From: a virus
Length of the DNA: 56,503 nucleotides
Strand: one strand, 5' to 3'
Virus record (IMG/VR): IMGVR_UViG_3300042780_000007
Shown here: one piece after another, positions 37,861-45,725 of the stretch
Layout: each line of letters opens with the position of its first letter
Numbering within the stretch: position 1 is the stretch's first letter
Position numbers and translations under genes: made by a program
Notes under the pieces: generated by a model
The model's input: the letters and a program-made list of their open reading frames with translations, nothing else
Database searches by the model: none
Told to the model about the DNA's origin: nothing

Positions 37861-38538
37861 TTACTCTTCTGGTGGATAGTCGTACTCGAACCTATCCATG
37901 GATTCTGCAACTGCCTCGTCAAATTTATCGTTGTTGGCATTCTTGCGGAGTTTGGGGAAGGCTACAGTAATTATCGCTGTTTTGACTTTGCCAAAGTCTT
38001 CTCCAAATTTGGACTCTCCCATGAAGACTGGTGCGATTCCCTTGATAAAGATGTCTTCAAGGTAGTTGGTCACCTGTTCCAGTTTGTCTTCTGGAAATTC
38101 TGCTTCCTCAAGGTATTCCCTGACCTCCGTGTCAAGGTCTGCGAAAGAATCCTTGTCCTCGGATTCTTCCAGTTCTTCTGCCTTGGGTTCCCTTTTCAGT
38201 TCCTTGGTTTCCTTCTCTGCCTTAACTGCCGTGGTCTGTGTTTCCACCCTTGCCACCGTAGGCTCACTGAAAGGAGTTGGGAACACATCGTGGAGTTTGA
38301 CTGGCTCTCCATTTTCATCAAGATAATGCTTCTCCTCTGATCTGATATGTCTGCGAATGTTCTGTGTGGAGCACCCGAAATGCTTGGCAATGAGTCTGTA
38401 ACCCCATGCCTTGGGTTCTTCCATCTTGTTCTCTTTTCTGTCGTAGTAGTTGAGTTCATGCCTGCCAACATAAAGGTCAACTACTTCCTTGTGGTTGATA
38501 CCGATATGTCCAGATTTTGTGGTCTGCTCGTTTGTCAT
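37861..38538 (-). CDS. HTH-domain protein with acidic C-terminus
   Basis: WGYRLIAKHFGCSTQNIRRHI. Confidence 0.8.
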   Translation of the reverse strand: MTNEQTTKSGHIGINHKEVVDLYVGRHELNYYDRKENKMEEPKAWGYRLIAKHFGCSTQNIRRHIRSEEKHYLDENGEPVKLHDVFPTPFSEPTVARVETQTTAVKAEKETKELKREPKAEELEESEDKDSFADLDTEVREYLEEAEFPEDKLEQVTNYLEDIFIKGIAPVFMGESKFGEDFGKVKTAIITVAFPKLRKNANNDKFDEAVAESMDRFEYDYPPEE

Positions 38539-38568
38539 ACTCGTTCCTCCAATTCACTAAAGAATCAC

Positions 38569-38742
38569 TTAGAAACTCACCTGAATTTCTACTTCATCCG
38601 GAACCTTGTCCTCAAAGGCAGTCTTCCTGATGTAAAGTTGCCCGATGATCTCATCTTCACCCTTCACGGGCACTTCAGAGAATCTCACGGTATTCTTGGT
38701 TTCCTTGTTCTGTACGAAAGTCCTTGTGGTAGTATTTCCCAT
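38569..38742 (-). CDS. Hypothetical protein, 57 aa (not in the ORF track)
   Basis: AGGTGAG RBS; MGNTTTRTFVQNKETKNTVRFSEVP...IGQLYIRK. Confidence 0.7.
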   Translation of the reverse strand: MGNTTTRTFVQNKETKNTVRFSEVPVKGEDEIIGQLYIRKTAFEDKVPDEVEIQVSF

Positions 38743-38780
38743 TTTCTCTCACCTTTGCGTTTATTCAGACGTTTATCTGT

Positions 38781-38831
38781 CCTGACTGATACCAGTCAGG
38801 ATTCCAGTAAACGGAGGGAGGAATCTCCCTC
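38781..38831. promoter_or_regulatory. Two adjacent perfect hairpins
   Basis: CCTGACTG-ATAC-CAGTCAGG (38781-38800) and GAGGGAG-GAAT-CTCCCTC (38814-38831). Confidence 0.5.
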
Positions 38832-39018
38832 ACAAATACGATATCGGAATCGTTGAACCGCATCCATAAACATTCTTACTTGCTAACTAATCCTCCATGC
38901 ATTCCTTACATGAATCGCAATCAACTCCGATATGCCCTTCAGGTGCCCCACAATCCTTACAAGCGTAGCACTTCCGCACTGCATAACATTGCAATTTATA
39001 AGGGCAAGGTTTATGCAA
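38830..39018 (-). CDS. Cys-rich small protein with an in-frame TAG at codon 44 (43 aa if stopped, 62 aa if read through)
   Basis: GGAGTGA RBS and TTG start; CPY...C...CYACKDC...CDSCKEC; TAG at 38887-38889; next stop TGA at 38830. Confidence 0.55.
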
Positions 39019-39148
39019 CCGAATCACTCCTTAACTTTCTTAAGATTGCTGGGAGATCATCCCCATCGGGGAGCTCACGATTGAAGACTTCATCCTCTAC
39101 GTCATGATCAACTTTCTTGCGCCTGTGTGGGGATAACCCTTGCCTCAT
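39011..39148 (-). CDS. Hypothetical protein, 45 aa (not in the ORF track)
   Basis: ATGA overlap with upstream gene; MRQGLSPHRRKKVDHD... Confidence 0.5.
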   Translation of the reverse strand: MRQGLSPHRRKKVDHDVEDEVFNRELPDGDDLPAILRKLRSDSVA

Positions 39149-39426
39149 TGTTTTCTTCTCCTTGCTGTTAGTGAAATTATCTTGGAATCAAAGACATTAT
39201 TGGTTGAACATTCGACACGCCAGCCTTGCTCTCGCATTTTCTTGGCAAGGAAATTCCTGATTCTTTGATTCTTTTTGTGTTCATCGTACTCCTTGGAAAC
39301 CCATGATCCGATCACGATATCGAATTCATTCACGACCTCCGATGGATAAAGTCGTCCGGTGGCATTTGCGTTGCCACCTTCCTCCTCAATAACATCCTCC
39401 CACCATTCCTTATCCTTGTATTCCAT
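39145..39426 (-). CDS. Hypothetical protein
   Basis: Start moved to ATG 39426 after GGAGGAGTGA. Confidence 0.65.
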   Translation of the reverse strand: MEYKDKEWWEDVIEEEGGNANATGRLYPSEVVNEFDIVIGSWVSKEYDEHKKNQRIRNFLAKKMREQGWRVECSTNNVFDSKIISLTARRRKQ

Positions 39427-39431
39427 ATGAA

Positions 39432-39875
39432 TCACTCCTCCAGTAATCCGTGATTCCCACGAATTTCGTATGTTGATTTGCCAAATTTGCGTGCCCACTT
39501 AAATATCTGGTCTGCGCAATCCGGTTTATTTATATCGTCCTTTATGCAATGAATGCTGTCAGAATCAAATGGCTCGTCAAAAGGAATGCATGCTGTATCA
39601 ATTCCGCATTCCTCAACCAGATCGTATAAATCCTCACTGCGTATCTCATCAAGCGTCATTGCCCTGCCTATCAAGTCTGCCCATGCAACTTGGGCAATCT
39701 CGTCATACACGGAGTAACCCACGAATTGAAACTTGACCTCCGACATTTCAATAAAAGTTGGCTCATGGCAGATGCCCACATCGACATCATCACCATTATG
39801 CAAACGGAATCTCAAAATGTGTGTGGCAACTTCGTCATATCGATAATACCCACGATCCTTGTCCTCGTTATTCAT
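39432..39875 (-). CDS. Acidic hypothetical protein
   Basis: GGAGG RBS; 147 aa. Confidence 0.7.
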   Translation of the reverse strand: MNNEDKDRGYYRYDEVATHILRFRLHNGDDVDVGICHEPTFIEMSEVKFQFVGYSVYDEIAQVAWADLIGRAMTLDEIRSEDLYDLVEECGIDTACIPFDEPFDSDSIHCIKDDINKPDCADQIFKWARKFGKSTYEIRGNHGLLEE

Positions 39876-40024
39876 TATGCATCCTCCATTATAATCTCGA
39901 CTACGGTTTCACCAACATCGCCTGCTGGATCATTCTCATCACGGGTGAACACACGAATTTGTTTCACGCCTACAAGGGAATCCTTGTTCAGGTTAAATTC
40001 ATCATGCTTGTCGCTGAAAGTCAC
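39875..40024 (-). CDS. Small hypothetical protein, start uncertain
   Basis: Open frame ending in a TAATG overlap with 39875. GTG at 40024; the frame stays open to about 40087, with ATC 40069 downstream of AGGAG. Confidence 0.45.
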   Translation of the reverse strand: MTFSDKHDEFNLNKDSLVGVKQIRVFTRDENDPAGDVGETVVEIIMEDA

Positions 40025-40111
40025 GTGCTTGGTGACTTGCCTAACTGTAAATTGACGTTTCTCTCCGATAGTTTCACGCTCCTGTTGTTAATTTCACGGT
40101 TGCTTCACGCT

Positions 40112-40189
40112 TCACTTCACGCCTGCGATTTCACGCAATCGTGAAGGACGTCCGAATGCGCAACCACACGCATCCGGATTCCGTCCCAT
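40112..40189 (-). CDS. Micro-ORF, 25 aa
   Basis: Preceded by GAGGACAAGGATTC; MGRNPDACGCAFGRPSRLREIAGVK. Confidence 0.3.
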   Translation of the reverse strand: MGRNPDACGCAFGRPSRLREIAGVK

Positions 40190-40254
40190 GAATCCTTGTC
40201 CTCGTGAATGAATGGGGTCAGATCAAACTGCCCCACCATTCGACTCATTCTGAG

Positions 40255-40413
40255 TCAAATGAATTCATCCCTGTGGGATGAATACCAATCGTCCCGACGA
40301 TATTCTGACCTCACGTGACCAGAATCCATGACGAATCCCATGGCGCCATTTTTCTGAATGAATGTGCGCACAATTCTGCTATTGTCGCTGCAATGCTTGG
40401 CTGCTGGTTTCAT
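40255..40413 (-). CDS. Micro-ORF, 52 aa
   Basis: GGGAGG RBS; ATGA overlap with the upstream micro-ORF. Confidence 0.5.
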   Translation of the reverse strand: MKPAAKHCSDNSRIVRTFIQKNGAMGFVMDSGHVRSEYRRDDWYSSHRDEFI

Positions 40414-40460
40414 AACTGAACCTCCCAGTTCAGCCAGTTTGAATTCACAAATTCAAACAT
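40410..40460 (-). CDS. Micro-ORF, 16 aa
   Basis: GGTGAGG RBS; MFEFVNSNWLNWEVQL. Confidence 0.35.
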   Translation of the reverse strand: MFEFVNSNWLNWEVQL

Positions 40461-40552
40461 AACTGATCCTCACCAAATTCGACATTCCTGACAGTGGTTC
40501 CAAACCGATTCAGGAACAATTCATGTGCATTGTCGTGGATGTTGAGTTGCAT
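40445..40552 (-). CDS. Micro-ORF, 35 aa
   Basis: GGAG RBS; MQLNIHDNAHELFLNRFG... Confidence 0.45.
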   Translation of the reverse strand: MQLNIHDNAHELFLNRFGTTVRNVEFGEDQLCLNL

Positions 40553-40585
40553 TTCAATCGCTCCAAAAAAGTGAATTGGTTGGGC

Positions 40586-40924
40586 TCATTGCCCAACCTG
40601 TGACTCCAATTCAGCAATACGCTGCTTGAGCAATTCCTCCTTGGATGGCTCATGTATTGCATCATCAATGATATCCTTGAGTTGCATTGCGACCAATTCA
40701 CCCACGAATTCCTCTGGGGTTGGTTGCAATTGCGCTGCTGACTTGACTGACTTGGATCGCTTGAGGTCACGTGGCGCCGGTTCCTTGATTCCCAACCTCA
40801 CCAGCCAGCGTCGTGCATTCTCTCTGCTGCATTCCAATTCCTTGGCAACCCCAGTCACAGATTGCCTCACGTCCCATGCGTTACGAACCGATTGCTCGTT
40901 AATTCCTTTATGGTTGCTGCTCAT
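40586..40924 (-). CDS. HTH-domain protein; first gene of the leftward arm
   Basis: SVTGVAKELECSRENARRWLVRLGI; C-terminal coiled coil. Confidence 0.75.
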   Translation of the reverse strand: MSSNHKGINEQSVRNAWDVRQSVTGVAKELECSRENARRWLVRLGIKEPAPRDLKRSKSVKSAAQLQPTPEEFVGELVAMQLKDIIDDAIHEPSKEELLKQRIAELESQVGQ

Positions 40925-41210
40925 GCTTGATTCACGTCCTGCCATGGATGGGAGCGGGTTGCGCTGATCCGGAACCGAACCGGAACCGAACCAGCATGCC
41001 GCTCATGCCCCGACTCCATGAGTCGTGGCTTGGGCGATCCGTTCGAACCGCCCCATCCCTCGGCAATCAACCCGATGAGGTGGGCGCTCGTGCTGTGATC
41101 GCTATCGGGCACCATCGGCAATGGCTTGCTGGTGCTATGCGATGGCGGCAGAGGTCGGTGGCGGGGTTGAATCGGCATCGGAATCCGATGTCCGGTGGGG
41201 TTTGCTAGAG

Positions 41211-42150
41211 GAAATAAGAATCTGATTGCCGATATTCGTCGTTTGTGAAACCGGAAAAATAATTCTAATTGAGTACAAAAAAGGGGAAACACTTGTTTGA
41301 TTTTACAAATGTAGTCAGCAATTTAATTCCGACATAATAAGAAACCGGAATCTGATTGCTGTTTGTATTTTCGTAAACCAAATAAAAGAATTAGTTAACT
41401 AGTAAACCGGAAATTAAAAAATAATTAACTAGTAAACCAGAAAAAGGTTGCCGATTTACGAGCAGTCAAATATCGGAAACCGATTGCCGAAAATATGAAA
41501 ATGAGTTGGTAATACATATGAAATATTATATAGATTAGGTACTTCGTAATAATGAGTTTATAGGGCGTATGAAATATTCTATAAATTAGGTACTTAGTGG
41601 TAATTATTTTGATTCTCATTCTAAGTGAGAACATACACAATACATCAAATCTTACAAAAAACAAAACCTTCTTATTTATGAAGTGTCTTATTATACATAA
41701 TTATCAAGGACAAGGAATTAGAGCATATTATGCTGAAAATATGAGTACACACCCATCAATCGATTTAATCAAGTGTTATGCGTTTGATGGGGATGATCTA
41801 TGTGGGTTATTTACGGTTAAATAGATAGGATAGCATAATTCCTTCAACAACAATTAAACATGCAAATGCTACACCTATTAATGGATTATTTGGATCATAT
41901 TTCAATTCAGAGAATTGAAATAAAAATAATGCTTGTATTATTTTATATATCATGTAAAATACTAAATCTCATGAAATCCCATGAAATACAATATAATATG
42001 ACCCCATATAATCCCACATGGCACCAATAAATATGGCACCAATAAATACTACACGATATTTTATTAGGTACCCAAGGGTATTTCCTATTACCAGCATATG
42101 TCCAGAAAGATTAACTCAAAGTACGTACGTAAAAATAATTTATAAGGACA
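41211..42150. repeat. AT-rich divergent intergenic region with several direct repeats
   Basis: TTAACTAGTAAACC(G/A)GAAA x2 (about 41396 and 41426); 27-bp repeat at 41518 and 41569; ATGGCACCAATAAAT x2 at 42018-42047; several AAACCG-like copies. Confidence 0.7.
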
Positions 42151-42156
42151 TGGAAT

Positions 42157-42303
42157 ATGACGATAGCACTTGAAGACTTAAAAATGGAAGAGATTGAATT
42201 ATGGTTTGACTCCCTTGATGGGGATGAAAGACAGGAAGTGATTGATTATGCAAAAGGAATGAAACCACCAATAGATATGGTACTTGAAAAGGTGAATCAA
42301 TGA
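42157..42303 (+). CDS. Acidic protein, 48 aa (not in the ORF track); first gene of the rightward arm
   Basis: Preceded by TTTATAAGGACATGGAAT; ATGA overlap with the next gene. Confidence 0.6.
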   Translation: MTIALEDLKMEEIELWFDSLDGDERQEVIDYAKGMKPPIDMVLEKVNQ

Positions 42304-42515
42304 CACAGTATATAAGTGATAATGCCAGAGAATGGTTATATGAAGTCAAAAATTGGTTAAAAGAACAGGGGATACAAAAGTTTGCATACTGTGAATTACC
42401 ATCTCATCTAAAAAATTATAAGAATTTTAGAAAGGCTGCAGTTTCATCATTGATAAATAAAGATAGTAGAAAATATGTGAATAACTCATGGACTTGTATC
42501 TGGAGGATAAATTGA
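42300..42515 (+). CDS. Small basic protein, possible DNA-binding
   Basis: Overlapping start and stop; similar in pattern to the next ORF (W...V..W......KYF...LP.HL.N.K). Confidence 0.6.
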   Translation: MTQYISDNAREWLYEVKNWLKEQGIQKFAYCELPSHLKNYKNFRKAAVSSLINKDSRKYVNNSWTCIWRIN

Positions 42516-42796
42516 TGACCAAGATACCTACATATGATTTATTATGCTGGATACATAAGGTAGATAAATGGATGCAGAAAAATGATCTGAAATATTTTAT
42601 GACCTATGCACTGCCCGAACATTTGTATAATAAGAAGTATGCAATGTCTGCATCACAACAGGAATTGATTGAAAAATATGGTAGAGTACCACTTAATGGT
42701 AATAATGTAAAACAATGGATGATACCGCCAGAAACTAAATTAAAGGTTAAAAGGAGAGTATTAGGTGTTACCAAAGCCAAGGAACTTGCTTGTTAA
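42515..42796 (+). CDS. Small basic protein, apparent paralogue of the preceding ORF
   Basis: TGATG overlap after GGAGG. Confidence 0.6.
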   Translation: MTKIPTYDLLCWIHKVDKWMQKNDLKYFMTYALPEHLYNKKYAMSASQQELIEKYGRVPLNGNNVKQWMIPPETKLKVKRRVLGVTKAKELAC

Positions 42797-42868
42797 AATA
42801 CTATTAATGTATGTAATACTATACATGATTGCTCTCTTTATTGTAGGGGTTGTTGCGGTGAGGTAAAT

Positions 42869-43153
42869 ATGGAATTATATGATATATTAAAAAATAAATT
42901 TTGGAATTGTATGGATTACATAATGCTGAGCTCCTTACGCAGGGTTTACTCTATTTCCTTTGATTGTAAATGCATGTGTAATGATGTTGATTTTGAAAAG
43001 AAATGGAGATTGTATAATGATCAGGAAGTTTACAGATGCCCGAAGTGCGGAACCATTATAAGGTGTGGATTTACGTTATACAACAGAAAAAGAGCGAGAA
43101 AAATCAAAGACAACGACATTTACGAGGATATGGAATATGACAGAAATGGGTGA
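42869..43153 (+). CDS. Zn-ribbon-containing protein
   Basis: GGTGAGG RBS; CKCMC...YRCPKCG. Confidence 0.65.
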   Translation: MELYDILKNKFWNCMDYIMLSSLRRVYSISFDCKCMCNDVDFEKKWRLYNDQEVYRCPKCGTIIRCGFTLYNRKRARKIKDNDIYEDMEYDRNG

Positions 43154-43358
43154 ATACCTTGGATATGAGTATGAAGTGTATTACGATGCTATTGGTGAGG
43201 ATAAGAAGGTACAACACACTCTGACAGTTTACATAGATCATCAACATTATATAACCATGCCCAAAGCCAGTGGTAAGTGGAGTATAAGTGAAATCAAGCA
43301 AAAAATTCAAAAAATATCTGACATGATGACCCCTAATAGTTACAAGTCAGTTCAATGA
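43146..43358 (+). CDS. Hypothetical protein
   Basis: Start moved to ATG 43146. Confidence 0.55.
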   Translation: MGEYLGYEYEVYYDAIGEDKKVQHTLTVYIDHQHYITMPKASGKWSISEIKQKIQKISDMMTPNSYKSVQ

Positions 43359-43391
43359 CAAGACTGGGTATTGAAGGTGATATAGTACCTA

Positions 43392-43562
43392 ATGGGGAGT
43401 GCGAGACACTCTTCAGGTGGTACTTATATACAAAGTAAAACAATGAAAGATGCGATAAAAGGTTCCGATGCCATTATACTTACGAATGAAGATGCCCACA
43501 TTCAAATGCTCCGTAGAATGATGCATGGTGGTGCCGGAACTTTTTGCCTTTGCCATGATTGA
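43392..43562 (+). CDS. Hypothetical protein, 56 aa (not in the ORF track)
   Basis: AGGTGA upstream; the stop runs into a TGAGGG hairpin. Confidence 0.4.
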   Translation: MGSARHSSGGTYIQSKTMKDAIKGSDAIILTNEDAHIQMLRRMMHGGAGTFCLCHD

Positions 43563-43598
43563 GGGTGAAATCCCCTCATTTTATTAGGAGGAATTTAT

Positions 43599-44351
43599 AT
43601 AACAACACCAGTAAGAACATTTCACTGCAAGACAGGAAATATAGATAAGATACATGAAGAAATGGTAAAGACTATCCTGAATGAAGGCGAAGATATCACC
43701 TTCGGGGATGCAGAAGAAAAGAAGTATGCACGAAACATTTATGGTGTACTCATATTGGAAAGACCAGCCATTGTAAAAGCCATAGATAAAACTCCCAAAA
43801 TATATCCATGGGGAGGTAAGAAGGCTCAAGTATTCAGAGATGAATTCCTTGCGGAATGTAGAAAACTGGAAGTGAGCAAACAGGGATTTGACTACACATA
43901 TCCAGACCTGTTGAAATGTTTCCATGCCAAAAATTCCGAATATGGAATGAATCAATTTTATGTATCTCTTGATAAATTGAGAGAGGATATAAAAACTGGC
44001 ATCAGTAGCAACAGGAACATTGGTGTACTCTATAATCCTTGTACCATGTATAAAATGAAGAATCTACCCTGTTTCAATGAATTTCAGGTAGTGTATGAGG
44101 GTGATGCGAAAGGTTCTCTAAGATTGACCTTCCGCTCTCATGACTGGGGAACTGCAGTGTGGGCAAATATAATGTCTATTGCTAATGCTTTCAATGAATT
44201 GGTGTTCAAGCCAGCAGACTGCAAACTTAATAATATTATTATTAATTCTTATTCTGCTCACATATATAAAAATGATATGGGGTATTATGAAAAGATGTTG
44301 AATTCCAAAACTGCAAAATACTTCCATGGGTTATCAAAGGCGGTACAATGA
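43599..44351 (+). CDS. thyA: Archaeal-type thymidylate synthase (probable ATA start; first ATG at 43662)
   Basis: GFDYTY, NQF, LPCF (catalytic Cys), FRSHD, WAN, SAHIY. Confidence 0.85.
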   Translation: MTTPVRTFHCKTGNIDKIHEEMVKTILNEGEDITFGDAEEKKYARNIYGVLILERPAIVKAIDKTPKIYPWGGKKAQVFRDEFLAECRKLEVSKQGFDYTYPDLLKCFHAKNSEYGMNQFYVSLDKLREDIKTGISSNRNIGVLYNPCTMYKMKNLPCFNEFQVVYEGDAKGSLRLTFRSHDWGTAVWANIMSIANAFNELVFKPADCKLNNIIINSYSAHIYKNDMGYYEKMLNSKTAKYFHGLSKAVQ

Positions 44352-44662
44352 ATAGATTATTACACGAAAAAGTGATTGAAGATACCGTAACACTCCGGAG
44401 TACGGAAGAGCATGAAAGAGCCGTACACGAAGAAACTTCTGAACTTTCCATGACCATTGCTCATCATGCCCGTGGAAGAACTACTCTTGGTGAAGTCATG
44501 AAAGAAGTGGCAGATGTAATTCTTGCATGTGAAGTCTTTCTGGCTGCTAATAATATAGATCAGGAAAGTTTCGACCTTGTAATGAATGATGAATTGAAAC
44601 GCATGGATATGAAAAATAAATCACTCAAAGTCCAGAAATCAGGACCTACCTTTTCTGATTGA
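44348..44662 (+). CDS. MazG-like nucleotide pyrophosphohydrolase
   Basis: EETSEL...EVADV acidic metal-binding pattern; ATGA overlap with thyA. Confidence 0.75.
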   Translation: MNRLLHEKVIEDTVTLRSTEEHERAVHEETSELSMTIAHHARGRTTLGEVMKEVADVILACEVFLAANNIDQESFDLVMNDELKRMDMKNKSLKVQKSGPTFSD

Positions 44663-44741
44663 TGATGTCGTGTGAGCAGGGAGATATAGTTGGAGTGTCA
44701 GCCGGAAACTGTGGTTCTACCTACAGGCAATCTGCACGCTC

Positions 44742-44793
44742 GGAGGATGGTTCTATTCTCCCCACCCCCAATCTCTCACCAAAACCATCCTCC
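44742..44793. ncRNA. Candidate structured RNA or stem-loop
   Basis: Perfect 11-bp stem GGAGGATGGTT/AACCATCCTCC with a 30-nt C/T-rich loop. Confidence 0.35.
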
Positions 44794-44815
44794 ACATTTC
44801 CCATGGAGATCAAAA

Positions 44816-45121
44816 ATGAAAGTAACTGTAATGCCCAATAAAGACATGGTATATTTTTCGGCTAGATTAGCTTTACGTGGACAAGGAGTCACTCATCTGG
44901 CTGAAGAAAAGTTGAGTGCTGAAGAAATAATTTTCAGAAAGATTGAAGAGAATAAAGTAGGTAGAAGTATTGCCTATCCTCTTATATATAATAAGAAAGT
45001 CAAACGTCAGCATGGACTTTTGAAAAACAAGCGTCTTTGTCAATTCATGGAAACTGTAAACGAATCCAATAAATGGATTGCCCAAGACTCCGGTGATAAG
45101 ATAATCCTTATCCCCCAATAA
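44816..45121 (+). CDS. Basic hypothetical protein
   Basis: Start moved to ATG 44816 after GGAG. Confidence 0.6.
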   Translation: MKVTVMPNKDMVYFSARLALRGQGVTHLAEEKLSAEEIIFRKIEENKVGRSIAYPLIYNKKVKRQHGLLKNKRLCQFMETVNESNKWIAQDSGDKIILIPQ

Positions 45122-45161
45122 TCTTTGTTATTTCTGTTTTACTTATACTTATTCTTTTTAT

Positions 45162-45725
45162 ATGACTGACGATAAAATTTCTGATGTTACAGATGCTATA
45201 AAAGCTCCCAATTGTAGGATATGTAACCATCCCAGAAGGTCAGATGTTGACCAAATGCTTATCCTGGGTGTCAGATATAAGGACATAATCAAAAATCTGG
45301 GAGCTGAAGGCAGCGAATTGAATACCAAAATTCTGTCCAATCACAAGAACAAACATATAAATGCAGATCAAGTTCCGGATGTAATACCAAGTACCATACA
45401 GGCTGGACTGGTGGATGCCCATCAAAGGGCGTTTGAATTACAATTTGAAAATCAACGTCTGCGCTCCGAAAATATGCTTGCTGATCAGAAGATGAGAATG
45501 ACACAGCAGGCTGCAGTTTGTTTAACTATTATAGACCAGTTGCCACAGGTACTTGAAACAGCAACAGTAAAAGATGTTCTGAATGCGACCAAAATGCTCT
45601 CCGAGATATGTGGGGATAGAGTGGAAAAGCACGAACATCAGATTGATGTAGTTGCTGACATGAACATGGATGAAGATACTCTCAAAGCAATTGGAGATAT
45701 TTTAGCCAGTGGCAAGAAGAAGTGA
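45162..45725 (+). CDS. terS: Terminase small subunit
   Basis: CRICNHPRR...H N-terminus; directly upstream of terL. Confidence 0.65.
   Translation: MTDDKISDVTDAIKAPNCRICNHPRRSDVDQMLILGVRYKDIIKNLGAEGSELNTKILSNHKNKHINADQVPDVIPSTIQAGLVDAHQRAFELQFENQRLRSENMLADQKMRMTQQAAVCLTIIDQLPQVLETATVKDVLNATKMLSEICGDRVEKHEHQIDVVADMNMDEDTLKAIGDILASGKKK

Noticed and set aside
37736-37863. Frame stays open for 41 codons after the TAA of the HTH gene
   Set aside because: The stop is TAA, the genome's normal terminator, and the region contains a hairpin. It may be chance or an old truncation.
41000-41066. tRNA-like element (GTTCGAACC) or an amber suppressor tRNA
   Set aside because: The T-arm stem does not pair properly, the upstream hairpin has a 3-nt loop, and there is no cloverleaf or CTA anticodon loop.
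41396-41600. Mini CRISPR array
   Set aside because: Only two copies per repeat family, with short, partly similar spacers and no repeat-like terminal motif.
41425-41664. 79-aa minus-strand ORF with an internal repeat
   Set aside because: The repeat simply reflects the 51-bp DNA period; no RBS; AT-rich context makes such ORFs likely by chance.
43371-43394. Possible fifth in-frame TAG (43383) upstream of ATG 43392
   Set aside because: It would add only a few codons from a TTG or GTG with no convincing RBS, so it is uninformative.
44665-44740. tRNA-Pyl or other tRNA
   Set aside because: No acceptor stem or anticodon arm could be built; only a loose GGTTCTACC resemblance.
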